Below are positions 28,020 through 38,649 of a stretch of 64,000 nt of DNA, piece by piece. The notes below the pieces were generated by a model. The model saw nothing but the letters and a program-made list of their open reading frames with translations. It was not told where the DNA came from and did no database searches. The first letter of the stretch is position 1. Each line of letters starts with the position of its first letter. Source of the DNA: Atribacterota bacterium (GTDB taxonomy: Bacteria; Atribacterota; Phoenicimicrobiia; Phoenicimicrobiales; Stramentimicrobiaceae); NCBI GenBank assembly GCA_040767965.1, contig JAXGNR010000006.1, positions 96,001 to 160,000 of the forward strand. The letters run 5' to 3'. Both the position numbers and the translations under genes were made by a program.

Positions 28020-29330
28020 TTATTTTGAATTGACTGACAGAACATCGTCTTCAAAAACAGGCATATAACTAATTTCTTTTACATTATTATCTTGTTTGGA
28101 TAATTTTTCCAGTATCTTCTTTAGATTTTCTTCTTCAGAATAATTAATTAAAAATCCTAAATTAGAAGTGTTGTTTTCAGATACTTTTTGAGTAAATTCA
28201 TTGACTGGTAATCCGTTTTCTATTAAAAATTCTTTATAATCTTTTTGGTTTATGCCTTCTAATTGCAGTCTGATAAAATATTTGTATTTTACTTGTTTAA
28301 ATTTATTAATTTGTAATTTCTGATACTTTTGTAAAAGATAGCTGTATTCAAAATAATCAGGATTTCTGGTAATCCTGATTATATCGCTGACCACCATGCT
28401 TCCTCCAGCTATACTACCGGCTCCTGCTCCAGAGAAAAATAAATTCCCATAACTTTTACCATACAATAGAATTCCATTATCAGCTCCGTATATTTTTGAA
28501 AAAATATGATGCTGATCTATTAATTGTGGGCGAACGCTAATTTCCACTTCGTTTTTACTTTTTTGAGATGTTGCTAAAAGCTTTATTTTATAACCAAAAT
28601 CTCTGGCTAATTGCATATCTGCGTGTTTCACTTTATCAATCCCTAAAGGATTAATTAATGAAAGATCTAAGCGGGTTCTGAATCCCAGTGATGATAAAAT
28701 AAATATTTTATAGAGTGAATCAAATCCCATTACATCCTTGAAAGGATCAGCCTCAGCATAACCCATTTCTTGAGCTTTTTTTAAAGCATCCTCTTGAGAA
28801 ATGTTTTCTTCAAACATTAAATCTAATATATAATTAGTCGTACCATTTAGTATTCCGGTTATGCTCTCCAGTGGACAAGAAGTCAACATATTAGATAAAG
28901 TACCCAGTATGGGAATAGCACTGGCAACTGATGTTTCAAACAAAAATAGAACTTTATTTTCAGATGCTATTTCCAACAATTCATACCCGTGCTTAGCTAT
29001 CAGTTCTTTATTTGGTGTAACTACATGTTTCCCTGATTGTAACGCTTTCTTTATAAAATTATAGGCCGGATATTCTCCTCCAATAGTTTCGATAATAATA
29101 TCTATCTCCGGATGTTCAATTACCTCCTGTGCTGAACTGGTAAAAAAAGGTTGGTAAATTTTTGATTCTGGTTTCCTGGTTATATCCAGATCTGCTAAAC
29201 CAACAACCTTTAATTTTATTGGTGTTATTTCCTTTTCAATAAATTCATAATTTTCTTCCAAAATTTTATAAGCACCGCCGCCAATATTTCCTAAACCTAA
29301 GATACCTATTCCTATTTCTTTTTTTTGCAT
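28020..29330 (-). CDS. hom: Homoserine dehydrogenase
   Basis: GLGNIG, HVVTPNKELIA, GILNGTTNYIL, GYAEADP and GAGAG motifs; AAGGA SD before ATG 29330. Confidence 0.93.
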   Translation of the reverse strand: MQKKEIGIGILGLGNIGGGAYKILEENYEFIEKEITPIKLKVVGLADLDITRKPESKIYQPFFTSSAQEVIEHPEIDIIIETIGGEYPAYNFIKKALQSGKHVVTPNKELIAKHGYELLEIASENKVLFLFETSVASAIPILGTLSNMLTSCPLESITGILNGTTNYILDLMFEENISQEDALKKAQEMGYAEADPFKDVMGFDSLYKIFILSSLGFRTRLDLSLINPLGIDKVKHADMQLARDFGYKIKLLATSQKSKNEVEISVRPQLIDQHHIFSKIYGADNGILLYGKSYGNLFFSGAGAGSIAGGSMVVSDIIRITRNPDYFEYSYLLQKYQKLQINKFKQVKYKYFIRLQLEGINQKDYKEFLIENGLPVNEFTQKVSENNTSNLGFLINYSEEENLKKILEKLSKQDNNVKEISYMPVFEDDVLSVNSK

Positions 29331-29382
29331 TATAAACATCCTTTTTTATTATTCTTTTTATTAGTTTTATTTGTTTGTAATT

Positions 29383-29592
29383 AAAAAAAGTCTTTCATCT
29401 CTTTAAAGACGAAAGACTTTTTCGCGGTTCCACTTTATTTTTTAAACAATAACAATATAGAAAAATAGAATATTATCAATTATATTTTTATTATTTAAAC
29501 AACTCTTTATTTGAACAAATACCTCAGGGCTGGTCTTGGGATATTTAGTATAAAACGATCAACTAAAATCCTACTCTTCCCTTCATAGGTAC
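29383..29592 (-). ncRNA. Threonine T-box leader (transcription antitermination) with short Stem I
   Basis: Minus strand: Stem I TACCTATGAAGGG-AAGAGTA...CAAG-ACC-AG-CCCTGAGGTA (ACC specifier at 29532-29534); T-box AAAGTGGAACCGCG (29423-29436); terminator AAAAGTCTTTCGTCT...AGATGAAAGACTTTTTTT. Confidence 0.85.
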
Positions 29593-29615
29593 ATTAAATC
29601 AATAAATTTTCTGTA

Positions 29616-29644
29616 ATTCTATCATTGAGATTTTGTTTTGTCAA
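29616..29644 (-). promoter_or_regulatory. sigma70 promoter of the thr operon
   Basis: TTGACA (29639-29644), N17, extended TGnTAGAAT (29616-29624). Confidence 0.75.
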
Positions 29645-29682
29645 AATATATTTTAGGCAAATAGTATAGTGTATTTCAAGTA

Positions 29683-31560
29683 TCATTCAATCCATTCCAG
29701 ATCCAGCTCTGCCAGCTTGGCTTTGGTTGGAACTCCATTTTCATCCCAGCCCTGCATGGCATAGTAGGTTTGAAGGGCCTGGTTGAATTCTTCTTTATCA
29801 ATGGCCTTGTCTTTTAAAGGACCGCTGGTAAAGGCCTTGAAGATACGATCCGGTAATTTATCATCTTCTTTGGTGAATCCTTCTCTGTTGTTGAAGCAGC
29901 GGGCCATAGTCTGAGATTTTTCACCAATCTTGATCAGTTCAAATAAGCTGGTATTCCAGCCGGTTACTGCTTCTACCAAAGAAACCAGGTTTTTAAGGCT
30001 CAAAGCTCCACTTGGTGCACCGGTAAACATACATAAACAAATACAGTTGTACAGACTCCAGAGCCTCTCAGTATAAGTATTAAATCTTACTTTTTGATTA
30101 CTTAGATCCAGAGGATTAACTGGTTCCAGTAATCCTAAAGGCATCACAGATTCCAGAGGATATCCGTAATCAGCAAACATCGGATCATGAGGCATTTCCA
30201 TATGATCTGCTCCGGTTGGAGAGATGGCATACTGTAATCCTACGTTGACCTTTCCTCTTGGTTCATGCATGGGAAATTCCTGTCCCTTGACATGCATGGC
30301 ATACTGTTCTGCCCCTTTGCCGAATTCCTGGGCAGCTTTGGCTACGCCTTTGGCTAAGGTGGCTCCTATTCCATCTAAGTTGTAGATCTTTTCGATCATC
30401 TCTAACATGGCATCAGCATTGCCGAATTTCAGCTGGATGCCGTCGGTGTCTTTTTCGGTGATGATGCCTTCTTCGAAGCATTCCATGGCAAAGGCGATGG
30501 TGGTGCCGGTGGAGATGGTATCAAGTCCGTATTTGTTGCACAGCTCATTACCTTTGGCAATGGCCTCAAGATCATCTATGCCCAAGAGAGAACCCAGGGA
30601 ACCGATGGTCTCATATTCAGGTCCTCCGTAATAGGGATCCACATCATAGCGTCCTTCCACTTTGACTTCTCTTTTGCAGCGGACCGGACAGGCATAGCAG
30701 TGGCCGCGGCGGACTAAGATGGTCTCAGCCATGGTAGGTCCCGAGATGGCAGAGGCACCTTCAAACTGGCCTTCCCGGAAGTTGCGGGTAGGCAGGATAC
30801 CGGCTGCGTTTAAGGATTCTACTCCTCTGGCGGTACCGTAATCGTGCATGCCCTGGGAGACTTGTTTCCAGTTGAGGGCAAACTCCTTGGTAATCTCTTT
30901 GATCTTGTCTGCATCATGGTAGGGGTTCTTGCCTGAGGCGCGTACAGCAATGGCCCGCAGTTTCTTGGAGCCCATGACTGCTCCCAGGCCTACTCGGCCG
31001 TTGTAATGTTTGGATTCATTGCTGATGCATGCATAGTTGATCAGCTTTTCTCCGGCCGGGCCGATCTGGGCTATTCTGATCTTATCATCTCCCAATTCTT
31101 CACGGATCATACGCTCGGCCTCTCCGGTGGTCTTGCCGGTTAAGGATGCGGCATCACGTAACTCTATCTTGTCATCCTTGATCCACAGGTAGACGGGCTT
31201 GGGGGAGATGCCTTTGATGATGATGGCATCATAGCCGGCCCATTTGAACTCAGGGGCCCACCAGCCTCCGGCTTCTGCTTCTCCGAAGCCTCCGGTTAGA
31301 GGGGATTTGGCTGCTACGGTGTAGCGGCTGGCTCCCGGGACGGTGGTACCGGTAATGGGACTGCAGGCAAAGACTAAGATGTTCTCAGGGCCTAAGGGAT
31401 CTACGCCCTTGGGCATCTCTGAAAGTAAGAAGTAACTGGCCAGGGCGCTTCCTCCCAGGTACTTGCGGTAGATGAGCTCTGGTAAGACTTCTGTTTTGAT
31501 TTCACCTTTGGAGAGGTCTACTCTGATGATCTTACCATTATAGGGTTTCTTTTCTGACAT
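29683..31560 (-). CDS. aor: Aldehyde:ferredoxin oxidoreductase (W/Mo-pterin)
   Basis: AKSPLTGG, RVGLGAVMGSKKL, CYACPVRC, GPEYET, GLDTISTG and HEPRG motifs; AAGGAGG SD before ATG 31560. Confidence 0.93.
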   Translation of the reverse strand: MSEKKPYNGKIIRVDLSKGEIKTEVLPELIYRKYLGGSALASYFLLSEMPKGVDPLGPENILVFACSPITGTTVPGASRYTVAAKSPLTGGFGEAEAGGWWAPEFKWAGYDAIIIKGISPKPVYLWIKDDKIELRDAASLTGKTTGEAERMIREELGDDKIRIAQIGPAGEKLINYACISNESKHYNGRVGLGAVMGSKKLRAIAVRASGKNPYHDADKIKEITKEFALNWKQVSQGMHDYGTARGVESLNAAGILPTRNFREGQFEGASAISGPTMAETILVRRGHCYACPVRCKREVKVEGRYDVDPYYGGPEYETIGSLGSLLGIDDLEAIAKGNELCNKYGLDTISTGTTIAFAMECFEEGIITEKDTDGIQLKFGNADAMLEMIEKIYNLDGIGATLAKGVAKAAQEFGKGAEQYAMHVKGQEFPMHEPRGKVNVGLQYAISPTGADHMEMPHDPMFADYGYPLESVMPLGLLEPVNPLDLSNQKVRFNTYTERLWSLYNCICLCMFTGAPSGALSLKNLVSLVEAVTGWNTSLFELIKIGEKSQTMARCFNNREGFTKEDDKLPDRIFKAFTSGPLKDKAIDKEEFNQALQTYYAMQGWDENGVPTKAKLAELDLEWIE

Positions 31561-32157
31561 AATATATGCCTCCTTTAAATTAGAACTAGGTGTTTTTTTA
31601 ATTTGTCTTAGACTTTTTATACATAATTTTTTCATTTGTTTATCTTTTAATTTTTATAAACAATTATTCATAATAATAAAAAGTATTAATTTATTGTTTA
31701 TTGTTGATTAAATAAAACTCATCTAATGTGGGATTTGATTAGCAATTGCTATTATATATATTTATTCTATTTTTAATAATTCAGCAAAAAAATAAAAAAG
31801 CAGAATTTCAACATAAACATTTTTAAATATTTTCTTATTTTTATTAGAAAAATGTCATTATTAGAATACATTATTCATTTTTAATTTTGCACTAAAATAT
31901 TAAAAATAGAATGTTGTTAAATAAACAATAATTTCATATTTTTCATTAACACACTAAGTTAAATTAATAACACTTTTCTATTTTTTTGTCAAATCAGACA
32001 ACCCTCATAGTAAGGGGAAAAATTCATTCTGCTTTTTTATTTTTCAAATACCTGATATAAACAATCATCCTATATAATGCTCTGCTATATTACAAAAATA
32101 ATATTGTGACAAATTAATGCATTAATATCATAATTATTGCAATACTGCACTATATTG

Positions 32158-33108
32158 TTAAATTTTATTTACTGGATACAATGGTTTACCATCTTTAAAT
32201 GTTGAAATAATGTTTTCTGTAGCCGCTATTGACATATTACGGATACCTTCAACTGTATTGGCTCCAATGTGACTGGTTATAACTATATTATCCAATGAGA
32301 GCAAGGGCTCATCTTTTTTTGGTGGCTCGTCTACCAGGACATCCAGAGCAGCACCGGCTATTTTTTTATCTTTTAAACATTGATAGAGATCTTTGCTGTT
32401 TACTATTCCTCCGCGAGCAAGGTTAACCAGATAAGCAGTTGGCTTCATTAACGACAAAGTCCTTTTGTTTACCAGATTATCAGTCTGGGGAATCAAAGGA
32501 ATGTGGAATGTTATAAAATCTGATTCTTTAAATAAAGTATCCAGGTCTACAAATTCAATATTATTTTCCCGGGCAAAATTTTCATCTTTATAAATATCAT
32601 ATCCTAAAATACGCATCGAAAACCCCTTCGCTCTAAAAGCAACTTTTTTACCAATCGCCCCCAGACCCACTATTCCCAATGTTTTTTCCCATAATTGCCG
32701 TCCTCTATATCTGACCCATTCTCCTTCTTTTAATAATTGGAATGTTTGTGGAATATAACGGGCAATTGAGAGCATCAGGCCAAAAGTTAAATCAGCAACT
32801 GCATCTGCATTGGCACCAGGTGTATTGGTTACCCAGATTCCTTTTTCAGAAGCAGCTGTAAGATCGATTTTATCCACACCTACCCCAACTTTAGAAATTA
32901 CCTTTAATGACTTGCTGGCTTCCATCACTTTTCTTGTCACTGGGTATTCGCCTACAATTACACCTTCTACATCGCCCATTTTATTGATCAATCTCTTTTC
33001 TGTATAAGGAGCATCTAATATTTCTACCTGAAAACCACTGTTATAAAATAAATCCATAACTTCTTTTCCTTGAGAAGCTACTGATACTGCTGCAATCAAT
33101 GCTTTCAT
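32158..33108 (-). CDS. D-2-hydroxyacid dehydrogenase (phosphoglycerate-dehydrogenase-like)
   Basis: GVGVDKID, GLGAIG, NLARGG, DVLVDEP and TSHIG motifs. Confidence 0.9.
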   Translation of the reverse strand: MKALIAAVSVASQGKEVMDLFYNSGFQVEILDAPYTEKRLINKMGDVEGVIVGEYPVTRKVMEASKSLKVISKVGVGVDKIDLTAASEKGIWVTNTPGANADAVADLTFGLMLSIARYIPQTFQLLKEGEWVRYRGRQLWEKTLGIVGLGAIGKKVAFRAKGFSMRILGYDIYKDENFARENNIEFVDLDTLFKESDFITFHIPLIPQTDNLVNKRTLSLMKPTAYLVNLARGGIVNSKDLYQCLKDKKIAGAALDVLVDEPPKKDEPLLSLDNIVITSHIGANTVEGIRNMSIAATENIISTFKDGKPLYPVNKI

Positions 33109-33189
33109 ATTAAAATACCTCTCTTTTTGTATTTTATAAATTTATAAATATATTGTTGCTATATTTAATATCCTTTTACTACATTACTA

Positions 33190-34482
33190 CTATATTATTC
33201 CTGCTAACCTGGGTAAAAATAAAGCAAGTTCCGGTATGAATATTACCAATAATACAACTAAAATAAAGGCAAGAAAAAAAGGTAGCAGCTCTTTTACCAG
33301 ACCAACCATATCAGTATCAGCAATGGCTAAAGCTACAAACAAACCTGTACCAAAAGGAGGTGTTGCTAATCCTATCATACAGCACACAACCATTATTATT
33401 CCAAAATGAACTGGATGAACTCCTGCCATTCTAACGATAGGAAAAAAAATTGGAGACATTATTAATATTGCAGGGGTAGTAGGTAGAAACATTCCCCAGA
33501 AAAGTAAAAGTGCACTAATTAATATTAAAAGAATTTGAGGATTACTAGTCATACTTAAAAGCGGTGCAGCAATTTTTTGTGGAATACCTTCAATACTTAT
33601 TATCCAGCCAAAAATATTTGCTGTCCCTAATATAAAATATACTTTTCCAGTAGATAAAGCCACATTAAAAATAATTGGAATCAATTCTTTTAGAGGAGTT
33701 TTCTTAATTATAAAAACAATTATTAACGCATAAGCCCCGGCTACCGCTGCTGCTTCAGTAGGTGTAAAAAATCCAAATATTATTCCACCAACAACAATAA
33801 TTGGGATTAATAAAGATAGAAAAGATATTCTTATTGCGTTAAAAAGGACTGAAACATTTAATTTCACAACATTTCTAGGGTAATTTCTTTGTCTGGCACG
33901 TATAAATGTTACTACAGCACAAGCCAAACCCATAAGTAATCCAGGGAAGGCGCCAGCCAGAAAAACTCCACCTACAGATATACCGGCAACTCCTGCCACA
34001 AGCACAGCGGGAATACTGGGAGGTATAATTGGTCCCTGCAGAGAAGATCCTACGGTAACGGCAGTACTAAATTCAGTATCATAACCTTGCTTTTCCATGG
34101 CAGGAATTAACATAGAACCAAGGGCAGCAATGTCAGAAAGAGCTGAACCAGTCATACCTGCAAACAAAGTACTTACAAATATATTCACATAAGCCAATCC
34201 ACCACGAAAGCGGCCAACAAGTACATTTGCTAAATCAACCAGCTCATTTGTAACGTTTCCTTTATTCATAATTTCGCCCATAAACATAAAAAGCGGAATT
34301 GCTAACAAAATAAATTGGTCCATACCGGAAAAAAATCTCTCGGAAATAATTCTCAAAAAATTAACTTCTCCAGAAAGAAAAAAATAAACCAGGGAATTTA
34401 CACCTAAGGCTACGGCAACTGGCATTCCTAAAAATAATAAAATTGTAAATACAATAAGGGCAACAATAAAAGGGTCAAACAT
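33190..34482 (-). CDS. dctM: TRAP transporter large permease
   Basis: LAIPLF, GRFRGGLA, PIIPPSI, FTPTEAA and TPPFG motifs. Confidence 0.92.
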   Translation of the reverse strand: MFDPFIVALIVFTILLFLGMPVAVALGVNSLVYFFLSGEVNFLRIISERFFSGMDQFILLAIPLFMFMGEIMNKGNVTNELVDLANVLVGRFRGGLAYVNIFVSTLFAGMTGSALSDIAALGSMLIPAMEKQGYDTEFSTAVTVGSSLQGPIIPPSIPAVLVAGVAGISVGGVFLAGAFPGLLMGLACAVVTFIRARQRNYPRNVVKLNVSVLFNAIRISFLSLLIPIIVVGGIIFGFFTPTEAAAVAGAYALIIVFIIKKTPLKELIPIIFNVALSTGKVYFILGTANIFGWIISIEGIPQKIAAPLLSMTSNPQILLILISALLLFWGMFLPTTPAILIMSPIFFPIVRMAGVHPVHFGIIMVVCCMIGLATPPFGTGLFVALAIADTDMVGLVKELLPFFLAFILVVLLVIFIPELALFLPRLAGII

Positions 34483-34542
34483 TTAATTCTCCTTTCTCGC
34501 TTCTTGTTCAACTTTTTCATAATAAAACAGTTAAAAATTTTA

Positions 34543-35100
34543 TTAATCAACCAATTTTTCAAGAGATATTTTGCTGTATTTATCCTCAATTATCCCACGA
34601 TAGTTCAACATAATCTTTTTAATCACTAAAATTAAAACCTGGATAGCCATTAAGAAACTCCCCAGGGGAACCGCAAAATAAACATATCCCCAGGCGATTT
34701 TCATTCCTGCTGTATAAGTTGTTAAATTCCTCATTACTGTTCGCATACCATAGTAAACAAGATAAGAAAGAAAAATAATTGTTAAAATGTATCTGATATA
34801 TTCCCAGATGTTGGCTATTTTAGGAGGCAGCATTCTCAATATGGTATCAACTTTTGGATGTTCGTCTCTACAAGCAATAATGGAGATAGTTAACATAGCC
34901 ATATAGATCATTAAAAATCTAGCCATTTCTTCAGCCCAGAAAGTACTTCGCAAGAAAGGTATGTTTCGCAAAAAAACTTGTACCACCAAAGCTCCAAAAG
35001 ATACTACAAAACAAATCCTGGCTAAAAATGATAATATATTATTTAAATTAGTATTTGTTTGCTCCAACCATAATTCAATCTTAAAAGGTTTTTTTTGCAT
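34543..35100 (-). CDS. dctQ: TRAP transporter small permease
   Basis: QVFLR, WAEEMAR and EHPKVD motifs; 4 TM helices. Confidence 0.88.
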   Translation of the reverse strand: MQKKPFKIELWLEQTNTNLNNILSFLARICFVVSFGALVVQVFLRNIPFLRSTFWAEEMARFLMIYMAMLTISIIACRDEHPKVDTILRMLPPKIANIWEYIRYILTIIFLSYLVYYGMRTVMRNLTTYTAGMKIAWGYVYFAVPLGSFLMAIQVLILVIKKIMLNYRGIIEDKYSKISLEKLVD

Positions 35101-35123
35101 TTAACTTCCCCTTTTTAAATATC

Positions 35124-35175
35124 TTTATAACAACTGTGGTTTTGATTATAAAGTCAAAACCACAGTTGTTATAAA
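35124..35175. repeat. Perfect 22-bp-arm hairpin between dctP and dctQ
   Basis: TTTATAACAACTGTGGTTTTGA-8 nt-TCAAAACCACAGTTGTTATAAA. Confidence 0.85.
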
Positions 35176-35185
35176 CTATTATTAT

Positions 35186-36259
35186 TTAATCTCCAAATTC
35201 CTGTGCATAGGTGTGTATTTCATTTTTTGCCTGTTCTATTAGGACAAGTATTTCATCTAACCAGTACTCATATTCTTCCCCAAGCTCTTCCTTCCTGAAT
35301 ATCTCCATTAATTCATCTGGTTTAGAAGCTTCTTTAAAAGCTGCCTTTTCTTCAGGAGAAAGATCAATGTATTGTAAATTCATACTTCCTCTATAATTAT
35401 AATTAGCCCATTCTGAGGCTCCTCTGCGAGCAATATCAACAATATCCATCATTTCTAAGAGATTCTGTCTATCAAGGTCAGATAAGCCTTGAAACCATTC
35501 TTCATTTGTAATGAATGATTCGTGGGACATAACATGTCCGGTGGTTGTACAGTAATCCTGAACTTCATCCAGATGGATATTTTTTATATTTTTGTAAGGA
35601 TTTTCCTGCCCGTCAGCAACACCAGTTTGTAATGAGGTATAAGTTTCAGACCAGGATATCGGAACCGGGTCAGCACCCATATTTGTCCATAATTTAATAT
35701 GTATTGGGGCAGGCATAGTTCTGATCTTTAAGCCTTTTAAATCTGCAACTGAGTGAACAGCTTTTTTAGCTGTAGTTAAATTCCTGAATCCGGTTGGATG
35801 CACAGCCAAAAGGCGAACCCCAGTTTTTTCTGCCATATCATCAGACATTTTGCGGATAAATTCACTTGTATGAATAGTACCCGTTACTGCATTTGCAGTA
35901 TATTCATCGGGGTAAAGCCAGGGTATTCCGAAAATTGTTAAAGGTGGATACTCAATGGATCCTATAGTGGTAGGTTCTGCTGAAGAATATATATGAACAA
36001 GTCCTTCTTTTACCTGTTCATAAACAGCTCTTTTATCACCCAACTGCATGTCCGGGAAAAGCTGAACATTCCAGTTTCCTTTTCCTTCAAGATAAGTCTT
36101 ACCTAAATTCATTATTATTGCTGTATCAGGAGCAATTAAAAAATCATTTGAGCCATCAGCTGCCCAACGTAATGTAATGTCTTTAGCAAAATTTATATTT
36201 ACAAAGCACATAATTAAAAAAATAGTAATTAAAAAAATTTTAAATCCTTTATAATTCAT
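35186..36259 (-). CDS. dctP: TRAP transporter substrate-binding protein
   Basis: Signal peptide; GFRN, DLKGLKIRT (conserved Arg) and LQTGVADGQENP motifs. Confidence 0.92.
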   Translation of the reverse strand: MNYKGFKIFLITIFLIMCFVNINFAKDITLRWAADGSNDFLIAPDTAIIMNLGKTYLEGKGNWNVQLFPDMQLGDKRAVYEQVKEGLVHIYSSAEPTTIGSIEYPPLTIFGIPWLYPDEYTANAVTGTIHTSEFIRKMSDDMAEKTGVRLLAVHPTGFRNLTTAKKAVHSVADLKGLKIRTMPAPIHIKLWTNMGADPVPISWSETYTSLQTGVADGQENPYKNIKNIHLDEVQDYCTTTGHVMSHESFITNEEWFQGLSDLDRQNLLEMMDIVDIARRGASEWANYNYRGSMNLQYIDLSPEEKAAFKEASKPDELMEIFRKEELGEEYEYWLDEILVLIEQAKNEIHTYAQEFGD

Positions 36260-36454
36260 TTTTATTTAGAACCCCCATATTTTTTACTATTTAATTTTTT
36301 AATTTCTTTTCCTGTTATTTGTTTGTAATTCTTATAAAAATCTAAAGAGAAAATATAAAATAATTCACCTCCTTCTGTTTTAATATAGAAAATTATTAAC
36401 TTATGTAAATATGATAAGCTGTCAAATGATTTAGTTTGAAAATACCATTAATTT

Positions 36455-37360
36455 TTATTTAATTGAATTTAAAATGTTATCCACTTCTTTTTTAATTACC
36501 GGCTCTAGCTTTTCAACCTGTTGCTGGGCAGAACTTGACAATGGCTGTTTTGGTTTACCCATATCAATCCCACGGGCTTTCATTGCCAGTTTAAAACCAA
36601 TAGAAAATGGAACTTGTTTTAATACTCTTTGCAATTTGATTATGTCAAACTGAATTTTAAGTGCTCTTTGCAAATTCCCTTCTTTGTAAGATTTTACTAA
36701 TTCTGCTACAACTTCAGGTATATAGTTTGCATCTCCGGTCATACTTCCTTTACCGCCTGCTTGCAGAGCAGATAACACCATTGCTCCTTGTCCAGTAAAA
36801 AGGCTGAAATTTTCATTTTTTTCCTTGGCTATATCAAGAAAGTTCAAAAAGTCTACCATATTGCCGCCACTGTCCTTCATTCCGATAACATTTGGGTGAC
36901 CTGCTAATTCTTTCACTACTTCATAACCAATAGGATTAGTAAATTGGGGTATATTATATAAAACCAATGGGATATTTATATTGTCTGCAATAGTCTTATA
37001 ATGAGCAATAATTTCAGCTTGAGACATGGTAATATAATAAGGAGGGCAAACAACCACTGCCTCTCCACCAGTTTGCTCCACATAATTGGCAATAGCAATA
37101 CTTTCATCAGCAGAGCCAGCACAGGCTCCCGGGACAACAGGCACTCTGCCATTGGCTTGTTCAAAGACTATTTTAATAAGTTTTTTCTTCTCTTCAGAGG
37201 ACATCCTTATAAATTCACCCAGGCTGCTATTCGGGAAAAGGCCTTCTACTCCATTTTCAATTTGGAAATCGACTACTTTACGCATTTGCATTTCATCTAC
37301 TTTTCCTTCATCATCAAAAGCAGTAAGCATTGCAGGATAGATTCCTTCTAATTTAAACAT
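36455..37360 (-). CDS. DapA/NAL-family aldolase or dehydratase (not canonical DHDPS)
   Basis: SSLGE in place of GTTGE, YNIPQFT lacking the DHDPS Arg, GMKDSGG Schiff-base Lys. Confidence 0.85.
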   Translation of the reverse strand: MFKLEGIYPAMLTAFDDEGKVDEMQMRKVVDFQIENGVEGLFPNSSLGEFIRMSSEEKKKLIKIVFEQANGRVPVVPGACAGSADESIAIANYVEQTGGEAVVVCPPYYITMSQAEIIAHYKTIADNINIPLVLYNIPQFTNPIGYEVVKELAGHPNVIGMKDSGGNMVDFLNFLDIAKEKNENFSLFTGQGAMVLSALQAGGKGSMTGDANYIPEVVAELVKSYKEGNLQRALKIQFDIIKLQRVLKQVPFSIGFKLAMKARGIDMGKPKQPLSSSAQQQVEKLEPVIKKEVDNILNSIK

Positions 37361-37763
37361 AAAAAACCCCCTTAATTATAATATTTATTCTGCTTTTTAC
37401 TCTATATCAGATAAGCATATTTTGTCAATATGAATAATAACTCATATCTGTAGAGATAGTTTTCTTGTTAGACAAGGATAAACTTCAAATTTTTTGTACC
37501 TTTTAGTGTATCTTTCTTTTTAATTTAACGATAATTATAATAAAATTATTTTTAACTGCACTAATTACTTAAAAAGAATTAAATAAAATTTTCTGTTATA
37601 GATATTCTGATTTTTGTCATGTTTTATTTATCAGCAATACTTGTAATCAATAATTTTCTGCTATAAACTTAAATAAAATATAGTCTGAATTATTAGTACT
37701 TTTTAAAGTTTAATTACAATCTTTTCTTGCATCTTACAATTACAATTTTTTTAGGAGGAGAAC

Positions 37764-38513
37764 ATGGATATCAAAGGAAAGGTAGCAGTTGTAACTGGAG
37801 CCACTGGTGGATTAGGTTCCAGAATCTGCCTGGCTTTAGCAAAAGAGAAGGTAAATATTTGTCTTGTTTATGCAAAATCAAAAGAAAAAGCAGAGCATAA
37901 TTTGCAGGAAATAAAAAATTATGGAGTTAATGCTGCTGCTGTACAGGCGGATATTACAACTGAAGACGGGATTGAAAAAATGTTTGCTTTTGCAGATGAC
38001 ATTTTCGGAGGATTTGATATACTCATTTTAGATGCTGCTTATAATGAATCAATTCCTTTTCAGGATCTTGACACTCTCGATGCAGATAAGTGGCGATTTA
38101 TTTTAAATTACAACCTTACTTCTCCCTATTTAGCAGCAAGAAAAGCCGCACCCTACATGAGAAAAAGAGGAGGAGGCAGAATTGTTACCATATCCTCAGT
38201 AGCCGGCTTTAGACCCTCGGGTAGTTCTATGGCTTATTCCGTTTCCAAGGCTGGGTTAATACATTTGACTAAATGTTTGGCAGTAGCTTTGGCACCTGAT
38301 ATTCTTGTAAATGATATTGCCCCTGGTTTAATGGAAGGAACCAGAATGACTGATAATTTGACCAGAGAGCATGTAGCCAGATCATTAAACAGTGCAGTAC
38401 TTAAAAAAGCAGCTGACAAAGATGATGTGGCTGATGCAGTATTATTGTTTACCAAAACTGATAGCATCACAGGTCAAACTCTCCTTGTTGATGCAGGAAG
38501 TTTTTTTCACTGA
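37764..38513 (+). CDS. Short-chain dehydrogenase/reductase
   Basis: TGATGGLG, SSVAG and YSVSK catalytic motifs. Confidence 0.92.
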   Translation: MDIKGKVAVVTGATGGLGSRICLALAKEKVNICLVYAKSKEKAEHNLQEIKNYGVNAAAVQADITTEDGIEKMFAFADDIFGGFDILILDAAYNESIPFQDLDTLDADKWRFILNYNLTSPYLAARKAAPYMRKRGGGRIVTISSVAGFRPSGSSMAYSVSKAGLIHLTKCLAVALAPDILVNDIAPGLMEGTRMTDNLTREHVARSLNSAVLKKAADKDDVADAVLLFTKTDSITGQTLLVDAGSFFH

Positions 38514-38542
38514 CTCATTAAAATTAAACTTAAACTTAGAAA

Positions 38543-38588
38543 TTAATAATAAAATCCGTGAATTCAAATTCACGGATTTTATTATTAA
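38543..38588. terminator. Bidirectional terminator; perfect palindrome with 22-bp arms
   Basis: TTAATAATAAAATCCGTGAATT-CA-AATTCACGGATTTTATTATTAA between convergent genes. Confidence 0.85.
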
Positions 38589-38649
38589 ACAAATATCTTC
38601 AATATTTACCATATAAACAGAATAATAATATTTTTTTAAAAAATCAAAA

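Noticed and set aside
31561-32157. 600-bp spacer upstream of aor as a Moco/Tuco riboswitch or small gene
   Set aside because: Extremely AT-rich with none of the GC-rich Moco RNA boxes and no credible ORF; only a possible TTGACA promoter at 31987-31992.
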